Shown: positions 1 through 13,088 of the stretch, piece after piece
Layout: each line of letters starts with the position of its first letter
Position numbering within the stretch: the stretch's first letter is position 1
From: Azolla caroliniana
Lineage: Eukaryota > Plantae > Polypodiophyta
Reading direction: 5' to 3'
Length of the DNA: 64,000 bases
Assembly: GCA_043228905.1 (NCBI GenBank)
Contig: JBHGNT010000017.1
Coordinates: 6,696,001-6,760,000 of the forward strand
Translations under genes and position numbers: made by a program
The notes under the pieces: model-generated
The model's input: only the letters and a program-made list of their open reading frames with translations
The model's database searches: none
Told to the model about the DNA's origin: nothing

Positions 1-1729
1 TCATGGAGAAAAAAAGAGAGTGTAAGTAGAAAGAGATAAAGAGTGAAAGGAGAAGATATCATAAGAAAACTCCCAAATATGAAAATATGAGGTGATTCTT
101 GGGCACATTCCAAAGTTTCTTAGTTCATAAGTAGAATCTATCTAGAGACTATTGTTGTAATTATAATGGCATTTGAAACGTCAACATGAGAATTGATGTA
201 GGTGGGTCATGGGTGTCACTAGTGTTTGAAAAACATCTTTACCAATTGCATTTCCTTTTCATGCTCATAAATTTGCAAGAATGTAAGGAACATGTTTTTC
301 ACCTATTTAAATATTTCTTGTTAATAAGCTCAAATATTCAAACAACATTCTATTCATGGTGGGGCCTAATTCCTTACTATGTGATAATTGTGGTGTTCAA
401 ACCACCTAGAAATTAGTGGCAATTGAAGTTAAGTCCATTGTCATTGGCAAGAGAGAACTTAGAGTGGTCAAAGACGTCATAGTGATGAAAGTCTACTTTA
501 GCTTTGGGTGTTGTTGGTGGCTATACATTCTATGTTAATCAACTACAAGTGTAAACAATCTAATAGTGCTATTAAACAACTCACATAATTCTCAAGTCAC
601 TTGAGAGGAACATGTTAAAATTTATTTTTTCTTGAATGCCAAGGATAAGCACAAAATTGTTTGCATTTTTATATATAAAACGTAGCTTCATCTGCACTCA
701 TGGATTGTACAAATAAAGATCGTCCAGAGAAGGAGTATGTAAGGAAACTTATTGGTAATTTCACTATAGAAGCCCTTTGTGAAAGAGTTGTAGGTTGCAT
801 ATATATACATACATACTTTTTTTTCTATTTTTTTCCCAAAAAAAAACTACCCATTAGTTAGGAAGAAATACAGGAGTTATCATATGTTACAAGAGCCAGG
901 CCTCATATAGAGCTCTGTGTATTCGATTAACTCTATAAATTTATATTGTGAACAAGTACTATTTCATCTAAAACGACAAGTGTCATGTCATTATGTGGTA
1001 AAGGGTTTTAGCTTGCAAACAAAAAATGCTTATACACATAAATATGCTTAAAAAGTAATGAAGACAAGAGACTTGGGGACAATGACAAAACCATGCAATT
1101 AAACTAAAACACTTAACAACTCTAAATATATATCAATGAACTCCAAAGTTCCAAACATCAAATAGACCACAAAAATGAAACATTCCCTAGTATATTCTAC
1201 ATCAATTAGTAGAAATTGTTTTGTACAACTAATTTTATTTACTAAATCATGCTAAGACCTAAACATTGCTTTGGTTGGAGAAGATCTCGCATTTGCTCAA
1301 GAAAGGCACTTGACACGAGGCACAAAAACATATATAAAATCTTTGATGTAGTTTCTTCCAAACACAAGTGTATCGAGGTGGCACACGTGCACTAGTTTTA
1401 ATCACCAAGTACACAAATATTAACTACTCTTTACACTAATCTAATGAAGAAATGTAATTAATAGAACTGGTTCATATGCGTTGATATGGTTGAGCATTGC
1501 TATTGTTGTGCGGCTACGTAGCTTGTATGTGAAGAATTCAACCACATTTTGTGTATTGTGAAGATCGAAGGCAGACGAGAAAAAGAAGAAATTGGCATCC
1601 ACAGGATGAATATGTAAATGCATATAAGATCTCTCATGATGGAGACGCTTGCTAGAACAAACATTGAAAGTTGCAAGAAGTATCAAATGACACAATTCCT
1701 TATTGGACAAGGATATTGGGTCTACATGG

Positions 1730-2050
1730 AAATAAATTTGGCTAATATGATCAACGTAACCTATTTCTTATAGGAGAAGGCAAAGGCTTTCCCATGTCTT
1801 TCAAGCATATATTGAAACTTTGACTCCTCTTTGGGAAGTAGGAACTCACCCCCACCAACTTGGTGCTTCCCTTGCGTTTTGTCAGTGAAGGTGTGACCTA
1901 CTCCTCTATGGTAAGATCTATTGCAACTTCTTTCAACCTCTACCAACTATCTTTGGGCAAGGACGCAACCACATGCTTCACCTCTTGTCCACCAATTTGT
2001 ATTTTGTCTTAGCTTGGACTTATCTGCAGCAACACATTTCTTATATTCGT
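1730..2050 (-). pseudogene. Degenerate Gypsy pol fragment (protease-RT linker), probably the same broad lineage as the 4-bp-TSD Gypsy family
   Basis: Minus-strand translation with frameshifts gives TKYKLVDK..VKHVV.SLP, GHTFT, VGGGEFL and MLERHGKAFAF, resembling the linker before RT in fungal/Chara-like Gypsy pol. Confidence 0.45.
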
Positions 2051-2104
2051 TGATAGCAATGTATAAAGCGACATAGTTCATCAGATTTATCTTGTCTTTA
2101 GGAA

Positions 2105-2925
2105 TGTTCGATTTTGTTGGCCAAAGTATGATCCGGAGGATAAATGTGGAAAGGGATGAGTCGGATTTTATAATCAGATTAATTATTAATTAGAAATATT
2201 GTTGGAATGTACAGATCCGGAATAGTTCTACCGATTTGGATCTAGTTTAGGGTTTAGGGTTTTCAATCGAAACCCTAATTTTTTGGCCGAGAACAAGATG
2301 CAGAGGGAAGCAAGGGTAGCACGCACAGGGAGTAGGGTGAGGCTTCCTCGCTCGTTGCTCGCTATTTGTTCACTCGCTCACAGGAAAAAAACAGTTTTTA
2401 TTTTTTATTTTTAAAAAAAAAAATTAAAAAAAAATTAAAAAAAAGAAAAGAAAATGAATACATTTACATGCATTCGTATTCCTATTCATATGAATTCGTG
2501 GGGTAGGACCCACGAATGCGAATATGTCAATGTTCGATTTTGTTGGCCAAAGTATGATCCGAAGGATAGATGTGGAAAGGGACGAGTCGGATATTATAAT
2601 CAGAATAATTATTAATTAGAAATATTATTGGAACGAACGGGTCTAGAATAGTTGTACTGATTTGAATCCGGTTTAGGGTTTAAGGTTTTCAGTCGAAACC
2701 CTAAAGTTTTGGCCGAGAACAAGATGCAGAGGGAAGCGAGGGCAACATGCACAGGGAGTAGGTCGAGGCTTCCTTGCTCGCTGCTCGCTGTTCGTTCACT
2801 CACTCAAAGGAAAAACAAAGTTCTTATTTTTTATTTTTTAAAAAAAATTCAAAAAAAAGAAAAGAAAACAAATACATTTACATGCATTCGTATTCCTATT
2901 CATATGACTTCGTGGGGCAGGCCCC
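2105..2925. repeat. Tandem duplication of a ~426-bp unit ending in a GC hairpin; second copy broken at the hairpin
   Basis: tgttcgattttgttggccaaagtatgatcc starts at 2105 and 2531; unit 1 ends attcgtggggtaggacccacgaatgcgaatatgtca; the last ~265 bp recur at 14943-15206. Confidence 0.9.
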
Positions 2926-2944
2926 GTTGTGTAACATCTCTTCT

Positions 2945-3098
2945 GAGTAGTACATTGTTGACGATTAGTACTAGTTGTGTAATTTGGGAACTAAGTGAGT
3001 AGTACATTGTTCATGATTAGTACTAGTTATGTAGTTTGGGAACTAAGTGAGTAATACATTGTTCACGATTAGTACTAGATGTGTAATATGGGAACTAG
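2945..3098. repeat. ~52-bp tandem repeat x3
   Basis: tgagtagtacattgtt..gattagtactag.tgtgtaatttgggaactaag repeated three times. Confidence 0.9.
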
Positions 3099-3231
3099 GT
3101 GTAGCCTAATGATTTAGTAATGCAGTTCTTGTGACCTACATTGTATTTTTTATATCACAGTACTAATGTTATTTTTTATATCACGGTACTAACATTGAAG
3201 GTTTTTTTGTTTCTTGCAATGAATGTTGTAG

Positions 3232-5146
3232 TGTCAAGCAACTCCACGCCAGGGAAGGTAATGGAACAACCAACCCCTGTGCCTAAACCCTTGGTATTTG
3301 CTGCACATTCCAAGGTTCAGGGACCATCATTACCAGTAACCTATGAATTTTATGATGAAGATGAATGTATGAGAAGGGCCATTGGAGTAGTGGAACATAT
3401 GCTTCTACAAACAAATTCCCCAAGCTCCGGTCAACATCAAAACAATCTAGGTAACACAAATTGAGTTAGCATATCTTAATTCTCATTTGTGTGTATGTTG
3501 AATGCTTAATGTCTTTAAAAAAGAGCCCACTAAGAAGAGGAATGTTGCAAGAAAGTTGTATGGAAAGGGCAAGAAAGGCAAAGTTGAATGCAATGGTGAG
3601 TCATATATGCTCTCACCTATCCAGAGAGTTGTCAACCTAATGCATTGCCTAATACCATGTACTTGTGTTACTAGCTGATGACGAAATGATCTTTGGTGAG
3701 GGAGATACGAGTCCAAAACCTGATCATGAAGACGAATTTATCACACTCCCAGGTACACGTCAAAAGTCCTCTAAGAAAACAATGATTTAGATCATAACAA
3801 CCCTATTATAGTGGTGCTTTTGGTGCATTCTATAGATACTATTATGAAATCTTCTATTGACAATGAGCTCCAACCTGTTGAACTCTTAGATGTTGCGGAG
3901 AAGATGACTGAACCCACCACTTGCAATGGGTTGTCCACGATTGTATAGTATGACGATGTAACAATAGGTAAAAATGTGGCTATTAACCCTATATTCATTG
4001 TTGTTGGTATGTTTGCAAAATTTTGAGTATGTGAGTTGATACTAATATTCTCTGGAATCCCATTATTTAGGTTTACAATTGCAGTCTGATTCCCAACTGC
4101 AATCAAATGAATCGGGAACTATATGGAGCACAAGTGCAGAGTCAGATTCTGGGATTAACCTTTGCACAGAGGTAGACTCTGGGAACACATCTTCCACACA
4201 TGAGGATTGTGAAAAAAAGGAAGCATTCATATTTGAAGAGCAGCTGGCATGTACAAACAACAATTTGTCTAAAGAAGCCCATGAGGAGTGTGGAAAGAAT
4301 ATCCCTAGTACTGAAGAGGAGCCTGATTGTACTGAGAATGTGCTAGTAGTGTCTAAAGAATCCCATGAGGAGTGTGGAAAGAATATCGCTAGTACTGAAG
4401 AGGAGCTTGATTGTACTCAGAATGTGCTAGTAGTGTCTATAGAAGCCCATGAGGAGTGTGGAAAGAATATCGCTAGTACTGAAGAGGAGCTTGATTGTAC
4501 TCAGAATGTGCTAGTAGTGTCTATAGAAGCCCATGAGGAGTGTGGAAAGAATATAGCTAGTAATGAAGAGGAGCTTGATTGTATTGAGAACAAGCATACT
4601 AGTATCACCCATGAGGACCAGGCAATAAAGAACACCCAAGAAGGGGAGCACGGTTGTCTTAAGAATGAGGTGACAGCCACCATACAAGAGGATTTGACCA
4701 TGAGTACTGCCACAACCCACATACAGGAGTCTAATTGTAGTAAGAACGAGTATACTAGCATCACCGATGATGATAGGGCAATAAAGACCACCCAAGAAGG
4801 AGAGCACAATGGTCTTAAGAATGAGGTGACTATCACTAGCCAAGAGGAGTTCGTCAACAACATGAGTACTAAAACAACCCACATACAGGAGATGAGTGAT
4901 AATTTGACTATCAACAGTACCTTTGTGGATGTGTGTACAAGCATTGTAATTGCAGAAAACACAGTTTCTCTCTCAAGCTTGCCACTGGTACAAGGTGCCC
5001 GTACATCCACACCTGTCTCTGATGCCTCTGATGATGAAGTGCCACTTAGTAAGCTGATACCTAAAGGCTTTAAGATAAAGAAGAATGTAAAATCACAAAA
5101 AACTAGCACCAATAACAAGTGCATTACAAGATCGGCGAAATTATGA
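3232..5146 (+). pseudogene. Spliced, acidic, repeat-rich ORF of unknown function carried in the DNA transposon
   Basis: Phase-1 GT-AG introns join exons 3232-3450, 3524-3595, 3675-3967 and 4071-5146; exon 3 has a frameshift and a stop; last exon has 28-aa x4 and ~52-aa x2 repeats, then SDDEVPLSKL and a basic tail. Confidence 0.55.
4267..4890 (+). repeat. Coding tandem repeats (84 bp x~4, then ~156 bp x2)
   Basis: SKEAHEECGKNIxSTEEELDCTxNVLVV repeated; CxxNxxTSITxxDxAIKxTQEGEHxxLKNEVT repeated. Confidence 0.9.
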
Positions 5147-5742
5147 AATGGTGCCTTATTGTCTTTCAATTGTACTTGAACTATAGCTGAACTGTTAGTG
5201 ATGACTGAACTTGAACATTATGGTATACCAAAATACTGTCTAAATTGCTAATGTGAGAAGATGAAGTGCCACTTAGGAAGCTGATAATGTAAAATCACAA
5301 AAAACTGGCACCAATAACAAGCGCATTACAAGATCAACGAAATTGTGAAATGGTGCTTGATTGTCTTTCGATTGTACTTGAACTATATCTGAACTGTTAG
5401 TGATGTCTGAACTTGAACTATTTGGTATACCAAAATACTGTCTAAATTGCTAAATTGCTAATGTGAAATGTTGTAATGACTCCAATTCACTCATCTAGTG
5501 TTGTTAACGTAATGTGAAATTCTATATTGCCAATTGCAGAGAATGAGAATGTATTCTATTGTTAATTGTCATGCAGCCATGATTGTGTTGAAATGTTACC
5601 AGCGTACTGTCTAAATTGCCCCTGTGTAATGTTGTGAAGATAAGATCACTCATCTAGTGTTGTAGTGTAATGTGAAATTCTATATTGCTAATTGTAGAGA
5701 ATGAGAATGTATTCTATTGTCAATTGTCATGTAGCCATGAAT
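5034..5742. repeat. Two local tandem duplications (~225 bp, then ~140 bp)
   Basis: gatgaagtgccacttag...tactgtctaaattgcta at ~5034 and ~5260; cactcatctagtgttg...gtcatgyagccatga at ~5488 and ~5647. Confidence 0.85.
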
Positions 5743-6917
5743 GTAGTAGGGAACAATTTGACATTCATATTAGTACTAAAATAAGATGTATGTATCCGTC
5801 TAACTGAGATACTTCGGTAGACTACTATGTATTAGTGAACACTTACAATTGACATTAGTACTAAAACTAATATGTATATTGATACTTGCGAAGTATGGTC
5901 TCCTTGAGTGCACATAGTCAGAGTCGAATAAAGACTTAACACAATCGGGATTAGACAACTGGTATTGATAGTTGAATAAGTTTGGGCCATATTGATGCTA
6001 CTAAGTATTGAAGACTTCACACCCTAAACCATAGAAACAAGCAACTCTATAATTACCATGAACACTTTCAAAACAAGCTCAATAAATACTCTAAACACAT
6101 TAGAAGAAAGACGAAATATATCGATTCATTTGTCAGTCAACAAAATAATATATCAATACATCAAATAGTGAACTACAAGCGGATGTTTTTCAGTTGCCAA
6201 CTACAATGTATTAATAGGGTTACTTTCAAGCATTAAAAAGAGAGACCGCCCCTAATATGTGCTCATGAACCTCTTGGGGGACCTTGTAGACAGTGTTGTA
6301 TCCCTTAACCTTGTGCTTTGCTTGAGTCATATTGAACTTGATCGCAAGAATGACAGTAGTGTAGATTATTGCGATGGGTGCATCTTTTAGTAATGGATAT
6401 GTGTTCTTGCACTGCGGCAACTTTGCATAATAGTTTCCATACACGACAGGCTCACCAACATTGAACATGTTGCCCCAACCATCCCTCACCACTTCTTTCA
6501 ATAATGTCTTTCCTTGCTTGCACACCACAATGTAGTAGTCTTCTAAATCTTCATTCTGAGGAGATTTGAGCACCGCAAAATGATCTCCAGCTTCCAATAA
6601 AACTGCCAAGTCTTGATGTTGGTTGTAGTATACAATATTGTTTGAATTTGCATCCTCTTCAATATCATGTTGTTGTTCAGGCTCAAGCTTCTGCAGCTTC
6701 CAAGGCTCCACGATTGATAGGTTGATGCATTTATCCCAAGCTTCATCTATACACATGGAACAAAAGCATGATAAAGTACGGAGTAACAATTGTGTTGTGT
6801 CCTTGCGGCTAAACCCTAATACACAATGGGTGCTTCGTATGCCTTTCACGGTTTTACAATCATATGATTTAGTTCTATTGACCTCATCAACGCAAACCTC
6901 AACAAACAATCTGTTCT

Positions 6918-7206
6918 TACCATCATTTGACATCTTCCATGTTAGCCACTCCACAACATCATGTGCATTTTGTAACTTAGCACCATTATTATCCAACTGC
7001 TCACTTGTAAGGGCACATTTGATCACAGCCCCCGCGCCATCATGCGCTCCTTTTCCATGTCTACCATCATTTGACATCTTCCATGTTAGCCACTCCACAA
7101 CATCATGTGCATTTTGTAACTTAGCACCATTATTATCCAACTGCTCACTTGTAAGGGCACATTTGATCACAGCCCCCGCACCATCATGCGCTCCTTTTCC
7201 ATGTCT
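6918..7206 (-). repeat. In-frame 144-bp (48-aa) tandem duplication in the transposase
   Basis: RHGKGAHDG...WKMSNDG occurs twice; one nucleotide difference seen. Confidence 0.95.
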
Positions 7207-8995
7207 AGACCCGAAGTAGTTCCATTGCATACGAATGTTGAATAAGGAGAAGTACCTGCTTTTGTATCCCAAGTTTCCAACAAACATTATTACTATGTTG
7301 TCAATCGAGAGTACTATACATCCATTAATATTGATTTAGTACAAATACAAAACAAAGCATAGCACAACGTTGTCCTGCCTTTCGGCGCCAGATCGTTTGC
7401 GTGAGTCGGGTGGGAACCGCTGGGGTTATGGACTAGGAAGAGGAAGAATTTGAGGTGATTTTAATTATGTATAGATTATTAGAAGCTTGTGAATCCCACA
7501 AGTAGAGTTGTTTTAGTTTATCTTAATCATAGTAATAAATTGAAATAGTTTAGAATAGTTTATAGTAGAAATAGAAAAGAGATCAAACATTGTGATCCCA
7601 CAAGTATTATATTATTTCGTGAATCCCACAAATATATTAATTGGTTGGTGTTTTCGGAAATATATCCAATTTCCAAGTATTTCACACACACCTATTACAT
7701 TGTGCTCCTCATCCTTATATAGTGATGAGAGAGTCTTCACAATCCAAACCTTTTTCTCTAACTATAGACTATATGCTTTCTCTAACATGCTTTTTCTATC
7801 TTTAGTTTTCATGCTCACTGCATGTGCATGATTAGCTTTCTATCCCATCTTTTCTCTTAACTCGAGTGTGTATGCATGAATAACTTTATGCACCATGCAT
7901 ATCTAGAATATTTGCATGGGATAAAGTTTAGTATAACTTAACAATTCATAATAGTGATAAGGCTTAACATTATTAACATGGAGGTACAAGGTTCGAATCT
8001 TACCCTATGCATGTAATATATATTTTTATACTTTCTTCTATTTACAAATATGTCTCTTCATCTGGTGAGACTCTCACCGGCCTTCTTCATCCAGCTCTTG
8101 CTGGTTCTGCTTCATCCGATTCTCGCCGGTTTTCTTTATCCGGTTCTTATCGGGTCCTCCTTACCGGTCCTCTTCGTCCGTTTCTCACCGACTCTCAGCG
8201 GCCTTCTTCATCCGGCTCTTGCCGGGTCTCCTTACCGGTTTCGGTCCTTACCGGTTCCTCCTTTCGGTTCTCACCGGTACTCCATGTCCTATCCGGAGAG
8301 ACCAAAAATGTAATTTTTCACGTAGTGTGCGAATTACACTACGACACTCGCCCCCTCCTAACCCGCACATCCTCCGGTATATGCCGAAGCTGTCAGTGAT
8401 TGTTAGTCTCTTCCATTTGGTCTCTGCCCGATTGGTATCATCGCCGGTCTCATTGCCGGTTTTGTTCGGTTGCTGGTTTTTGGTCGCCGGTTTTCGGTCT
8501 TGTTCAGTTGCTTGCTCTTCCCGGTTACCAGTTGCCGGCTCTCGTATTTCTCCTTTACTCACAATCCCCTCCGTTTCTCTTGCTATGTCGACTTTGTCTC
8601 TCCATTTTGAGTACATCCATTCTTTCCACCCGAACTATTGTCGCCATCCGATCCACCATAGTCTTCGTTCACTGTTTGCATGGCCATGGTCGGTTGTCAG
8701 GGCTCCTTGTGATCCTCTTGAGCATAACCCTTCTTGTCTTGTGCATGTTCAATGCTTCCCACTTTGTTCACTTTTGTCGTATAATCTTGCGTTAGAGTTT
8801 ACAATCTTCATGTTAGAGCTCACCGTCTTTGTTAAGCTTTCATCCTTGGAAACACTCTTCAAATCCACTTGGCCTGCTTGCTTTGTAGTGCACCTGCTTG
8901 GCCTCTTCCTTGTCTTTATCATCCTGGATCTCTCCAACCTCCGGTTGAGTCGGATTAGCTTCTTTCTAGATTGGTCTCGTTCGATCATCTTTCGG

Positions 8996-10564
8996 TTAGA
9001 TCGGCTTCCATTCCGATTCATATTTGACCGAATCGGAATCGGTTGATCGGTTTTTACCGATTCGGCCCCCTTTCGGGTCGGTTTCTGTCTGGATTTTCTT
9101 TGTTTTCTTTGTTTTCACCGGTCTCGATCGGTTTGACTTCCGGAACTTCTTTCCGGATCGGTCTCGTTTGATCGGCTTCCGGTTGGAATGATTTCCGTCC
9201 GCATCGAACTCTTGGATTTTTCCCGAATCCACTTCCGCTTGCTTTAGCTTTCTTTTAGACCGGAATTCCGGCTGGATTATCTTCTGTCCGGACCCACTTC
9301 CGGTTTTACATTCTTTACTCCCACCTCCCGTCTCTCCAGTCTCACGTTGGTTATCAGACACAACTGCCGAAGTCTCTAGAATTAGTGGGCAGAAATCCTC
9401 AGTATTATCGTCTTCCGTCGTTTCATCCATAGCCACCTTCTCGGCTATCTCTCCGTCGTATGCATCGACTTCGGCCTTTGTTTTCTCTCTGCCACCTTCC
9501 ATCTCTTCGGTCTCACGTTGCCTTTCATACGCAACCGCCAGAGTCTTTGGAATTAGTGATGGGAAAGTCTCGATATGGTCATCCGACATTGACTCGCTCA
9601 TAGCCACCTCCGACTCAATGTAATCTTTTGCAGCGACCTCCTTAATCAAGTTCACCTTGCACTCTTTATCTCCCTCGATCATGCAAGCATCGATTATGCT
9701 TACCCCTTTTTCACCCGATATTTCGGATACTTGTATTCCGAAGCCTTCTTCCGTTCTTGAAGTGGTGTTCGCCACTCTCAAGTCATCGACCTTATCCTTG
9801 GCCGTCTTTCTTTTGCAAGAAGAGAGGGTGACTTGTTCCACACTCTCTCCCATGGTACCATCATATTGTATTTTGGCCTTCATGCCGGCTACATCATTTG
9901 TCCTCAATCGACCATCCCTCATGGGCCATGTTGTTGTTGACGATATTCTCATCTTCCTCTCATCATGTCTCCGGCATACTCTTTCAACTTCAGCCCAATC
10001 CTCGGTAAGGCTATTTGCACTGTTATCATCTTCAAGTTGCATCTCGATGTCCATCCTTTCTTTCTGATCAATCGATCTTACGAACATTAGGACTTTATCC
10101 TCCCCCAACAATCTTTGTTCCCGCTCCGAGAGTTGAGCAAAACCATACTCGAACTCTAGGAATGCTTGTGTTGCACTTTGGTGGGTCTTCTCCGATGCCA
10201 CCCAATCATCGAACTCTCGCCGATCTCGTCCCTTCGATCTCTTGTAGTCATATGCCTCTCGTAAAGCTTCTTCAAAGGACCCCCATGTTGGGTTTTGTTG
10301 CCGTATCTTGTAGATTCTCTCTTGTAACCCATCCGTGGCTACCCGGCTGAAAGATATCACTTGCAATCCTTCCAGTATCCCACATCACATCATCTCCGCC
10401 TTGTAGTCACGTAGATAGCGTGACACATCATTTCCGTTGAATTACCCGTTTCGTTGCACAAGCCGCTCTACTGCCGACTTCATCTCCGACATCGCACGTT
10501 GTTCTTGTTGCATCCGCTCAATCATCATCATCATTATGCTCATCGCCTCTTGTTGATTCACCAT
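8996..10564 (-). pseudogene. Gag-like ORF with premature stops
   Basis: ATG at 10564; FNGNDVSRYLRDY...SFSRV...TWGSFEEALREAY motifs; two in-frame stops near the N-terminus; long charged low-complexity tail. Confidence 0.75.
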
Positions 10565-10580
10565 CTCCTTGCCACCCGCT

Positions 10581-10598
10581 TTCACGTCAGGTTCACCA
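10581..10598 (-). promoter_or_regulatory. Primer binding site complementary to the tRNA-Trp 3' end
   Basis: Minus strand TGGTGAACCTGACGTGAA, 4 nt inside the LTR; matches my recollection of the plant tRNA-Trp 3' end at 17 of 18 positions. Confidence 0.7.
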
Positions 10599-11137
10599 CT
10601 TGTGTCGTGCCTTTCGGCGCAAGATCTTTTGTGTGAGTCGGGTGGGAACCGCTGGGGTTTTGGACTAGGCGAAAGAAGAATATGAGAGAAGGCTAGTAAT
10701 CAATAGGTAGAAAGATAGGTAAGTTATGAATGTCGTGAATCCCACGACTTTAGTGTATTTAATCAATATTTAGATAGTAAGAGACAATTTTGATCACAAA
10801 TTTGTGAATCCCACGAATATATTATATTAATTGGTGTTTTAGGAAATATATCCAATTTCCAAATATTCCACACAACCCATTACATTGTGCTCCCGTCCTT
10901 ATGTAATGATGATAGAGTCTTCACAATCCATGCTTTTTCTCTAACTATAGACTATATGCTTTATCTAACATGCTTTTTCTAACTTTAGTTTTCATGCACA
11001 CTGCATGTGCATGATTAGCTTTCTATCCCATCTTTTCTTTTAACTCGAGTGTGTATGCATGAATAACTTTTTGTATCATGCATATCTAGAATATTTACAT
11101 GGGATAAAGTTTAGTATAACTTTAAAATTCATAATTT

Positions 11138-11200
11138 GCTAGTATAGTGGTAAGGCTTAACATTATTAACATGGAGGTACAAGGTTCGAATCTTGCCCTA
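11138..11200 (+). promoter_or_regulatory. tRNA-like Pol III A/B boxes inside an LTR (also 7950-8005 and 12374-12435 minus)
   Basis: TAGTATAGTGGTAAG...GGTTCGAATC; the solo LTR has TAGCATAATGGTAAAG...GGTTCAAATCC. Confidence 0.6.
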
Positions 11201-12265
11201 TGCATGTAACAATCTTTTCTTTTATTTACAAATTTGTCTCTTCATCCGGTGAGAGACTCTTACCGGCCTTCTTCATTCGGTTCTCACCGAGTCTTCCTTA
11301 CCGATTTCTCCTTCATCCAGTTCTCACGGGCTCTCCTTACTGGGTCCTCCTTGCTGATTCCTCCTTGTCCCATCCGGAAGGACCAAAATGCAATTTTCAC
11401 GTAGTGTGCAAATTACACTACGACAACGTATCCATGGAGAACACTCTACACTGATTAAAGGATAAATAGTATTATGTTCTCAACCAACAATACTTAGCAT
11501 CCATTAATACTAATTTAGTACAGATACAACACAAAGCATAGTACAATGTGTTCATGAAAAACACTCTACATGTATTAAAAGATAATTAGTACAAACTCTT
11601 CAATATTGGACAGTACTATGTTGTTGACGACGAGTACTTTACATCCATTAATACTAATTTAGTACAGATAAAACACACAACATAGTACAATGTGTTCATG
11701 GAGAACACAACATGGATTAAAAGATAATTAGTACAAACTCTTCAATATATGACAATACTATGAGTATAAGACATGTACTTTACATCCTTCAATAAATACT
11801 GATATAGTACAGATACAACACACAATACAATACAGTGTGTCCATGGAGAACACTCAACATGGATTAGAAGATAATTAGTACAAACTCTTCAATATAGGAC
11901 AATACTATGAGTACAAGACATGTACTTTACATCCTTCAATAAATACTGATTTAGTACAGATACAACACACAATACAATAGTGTGTCCATGGAGAACACTC
12001 AACATGGATTAAAAGATAATTAGTACAAACTCTTAAGGATGGACAATACTATTGGTACAAGACGAGTACTTTACATCCTTCAATAAATACTGATTTAGTA
12101 CAGATACAACACACAATACAATACAATGTGTCCATGGAGAGCACTCAACATGGACTAAAAGATACTTAGTACAAACTCTTAAGAATGGCCAATACTATGA
12201 GTACAAGACGAGTACTTTACATCCTTCAATAAATACTGATTTAGTATAGATACAACACACAACAC

Positions 12266-13088
12266 TGTCGTAGTGTATTTCGTACACTACGTGAAAAAGT
12301 AAAAAAATAATATAACCGATTTAATTACATATAAATAAATAAAATAATATATCAAGATATTTATCACGTGCATAGGGCAGGATTTGAACCCTGTACCTCC
12401 ACGTAGCCAAACCTCAACTTTACCATTATGCTACCTTATCTTTAGTGTTCTATAAATAGATTTAATAACTATAAGTGCTTTATTTGCGCCTACCTTTATT
12501 AAAAGGTAAATCATGTATTTTTAGAGTGCGTGAATATTTTATAGAAAAACGCAAGCGACTAAAAAGTGACTCATGCACATCTAGCGTGCATGAGCACTAT
12601 ATTTAGCAAATAAAAGCAAGGATTAAAAAAGCATGTAGTTATGCTTAGTCTCTCCCATCACTACATAAGGATGGGGAGCACAATGTAATAGGTGTGAAAA
12701 ATATTTGGGAAATTGGATATATTTCCTAAAACACCAACAATCAATAAAATATACTCGTGGGATTCACGAAGTTTAAGATAATCTATCTCTTTCAATCTAA
12801 ATTCATATTCTTACATAAATATTGATTAATGTAATACTTGTGGGATTCACAAGGTTTGATCTCTTTTCTCAATCTACTCTAATCTATTCTAAATTATTTC
12901 AATTTATTACTACGATTTAGATAAACTAAAACAATTATACTTGTGGGATTCACAAGTTTCTATATCTCTTTCTTATAATCTATTCATATTCATAACTAGA
13001 TTAGCCTCAAATTCTTCCTCCTCCTAGTCCAAAACCTCGGCGGTTCCCACCCGACTCACGCAACGATCCGGAGCCGAAAGGCACGACA
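12266..13088 (+). mobile_element. Solo LTR of the 4-bp-TSD Gypsy family, opposite orientation to 7371-11425
   Basis: TGTCGTAGTG...GGCACGACA, reverse-complement homologue of 10603-11425; TSD ACAC. Confidence 0.9.

Larger units (their letters stand above)
7371..11425 (-). mobile_element. Non-autonomous gag-only LTR retrotransposon (Gypsy-type), LTRs 7371-8346 and 10603-11425
   Basis: TGTC...GACA LTR ends, 4-bp TSD ACGT (7367-7370 and 11426-11429), PBS at 10581-10598, PPT at 8347-8360, no pol motifs. Confidence 0.88.

Noticed and set aside
1366-1396. Helitron 3' end (...gcacacgtgcactagt)
   Set aside because: Weak hairpin, and no recognisable 5' end or Rep/helicase sequence
7486-7630. Spaced GTGAATCCCAC repeats as a CRISPR array
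   Set aside because: Short, irregularly spaced, inside LTRs, no cas genes, eukaryotic context
8007-9046. Several plus-strand ORFs with hydrophobic stretches as env-like genes
   Set aside because: They are antisense shadows of low-complexity gag tail and LTR repeat sequence
11138-11200. A functional tRNA gene
   Set aside because: A and B boxes are present but I could not fold convincing acceptor or anticodon stems; reported only as a tRNA-like cassette
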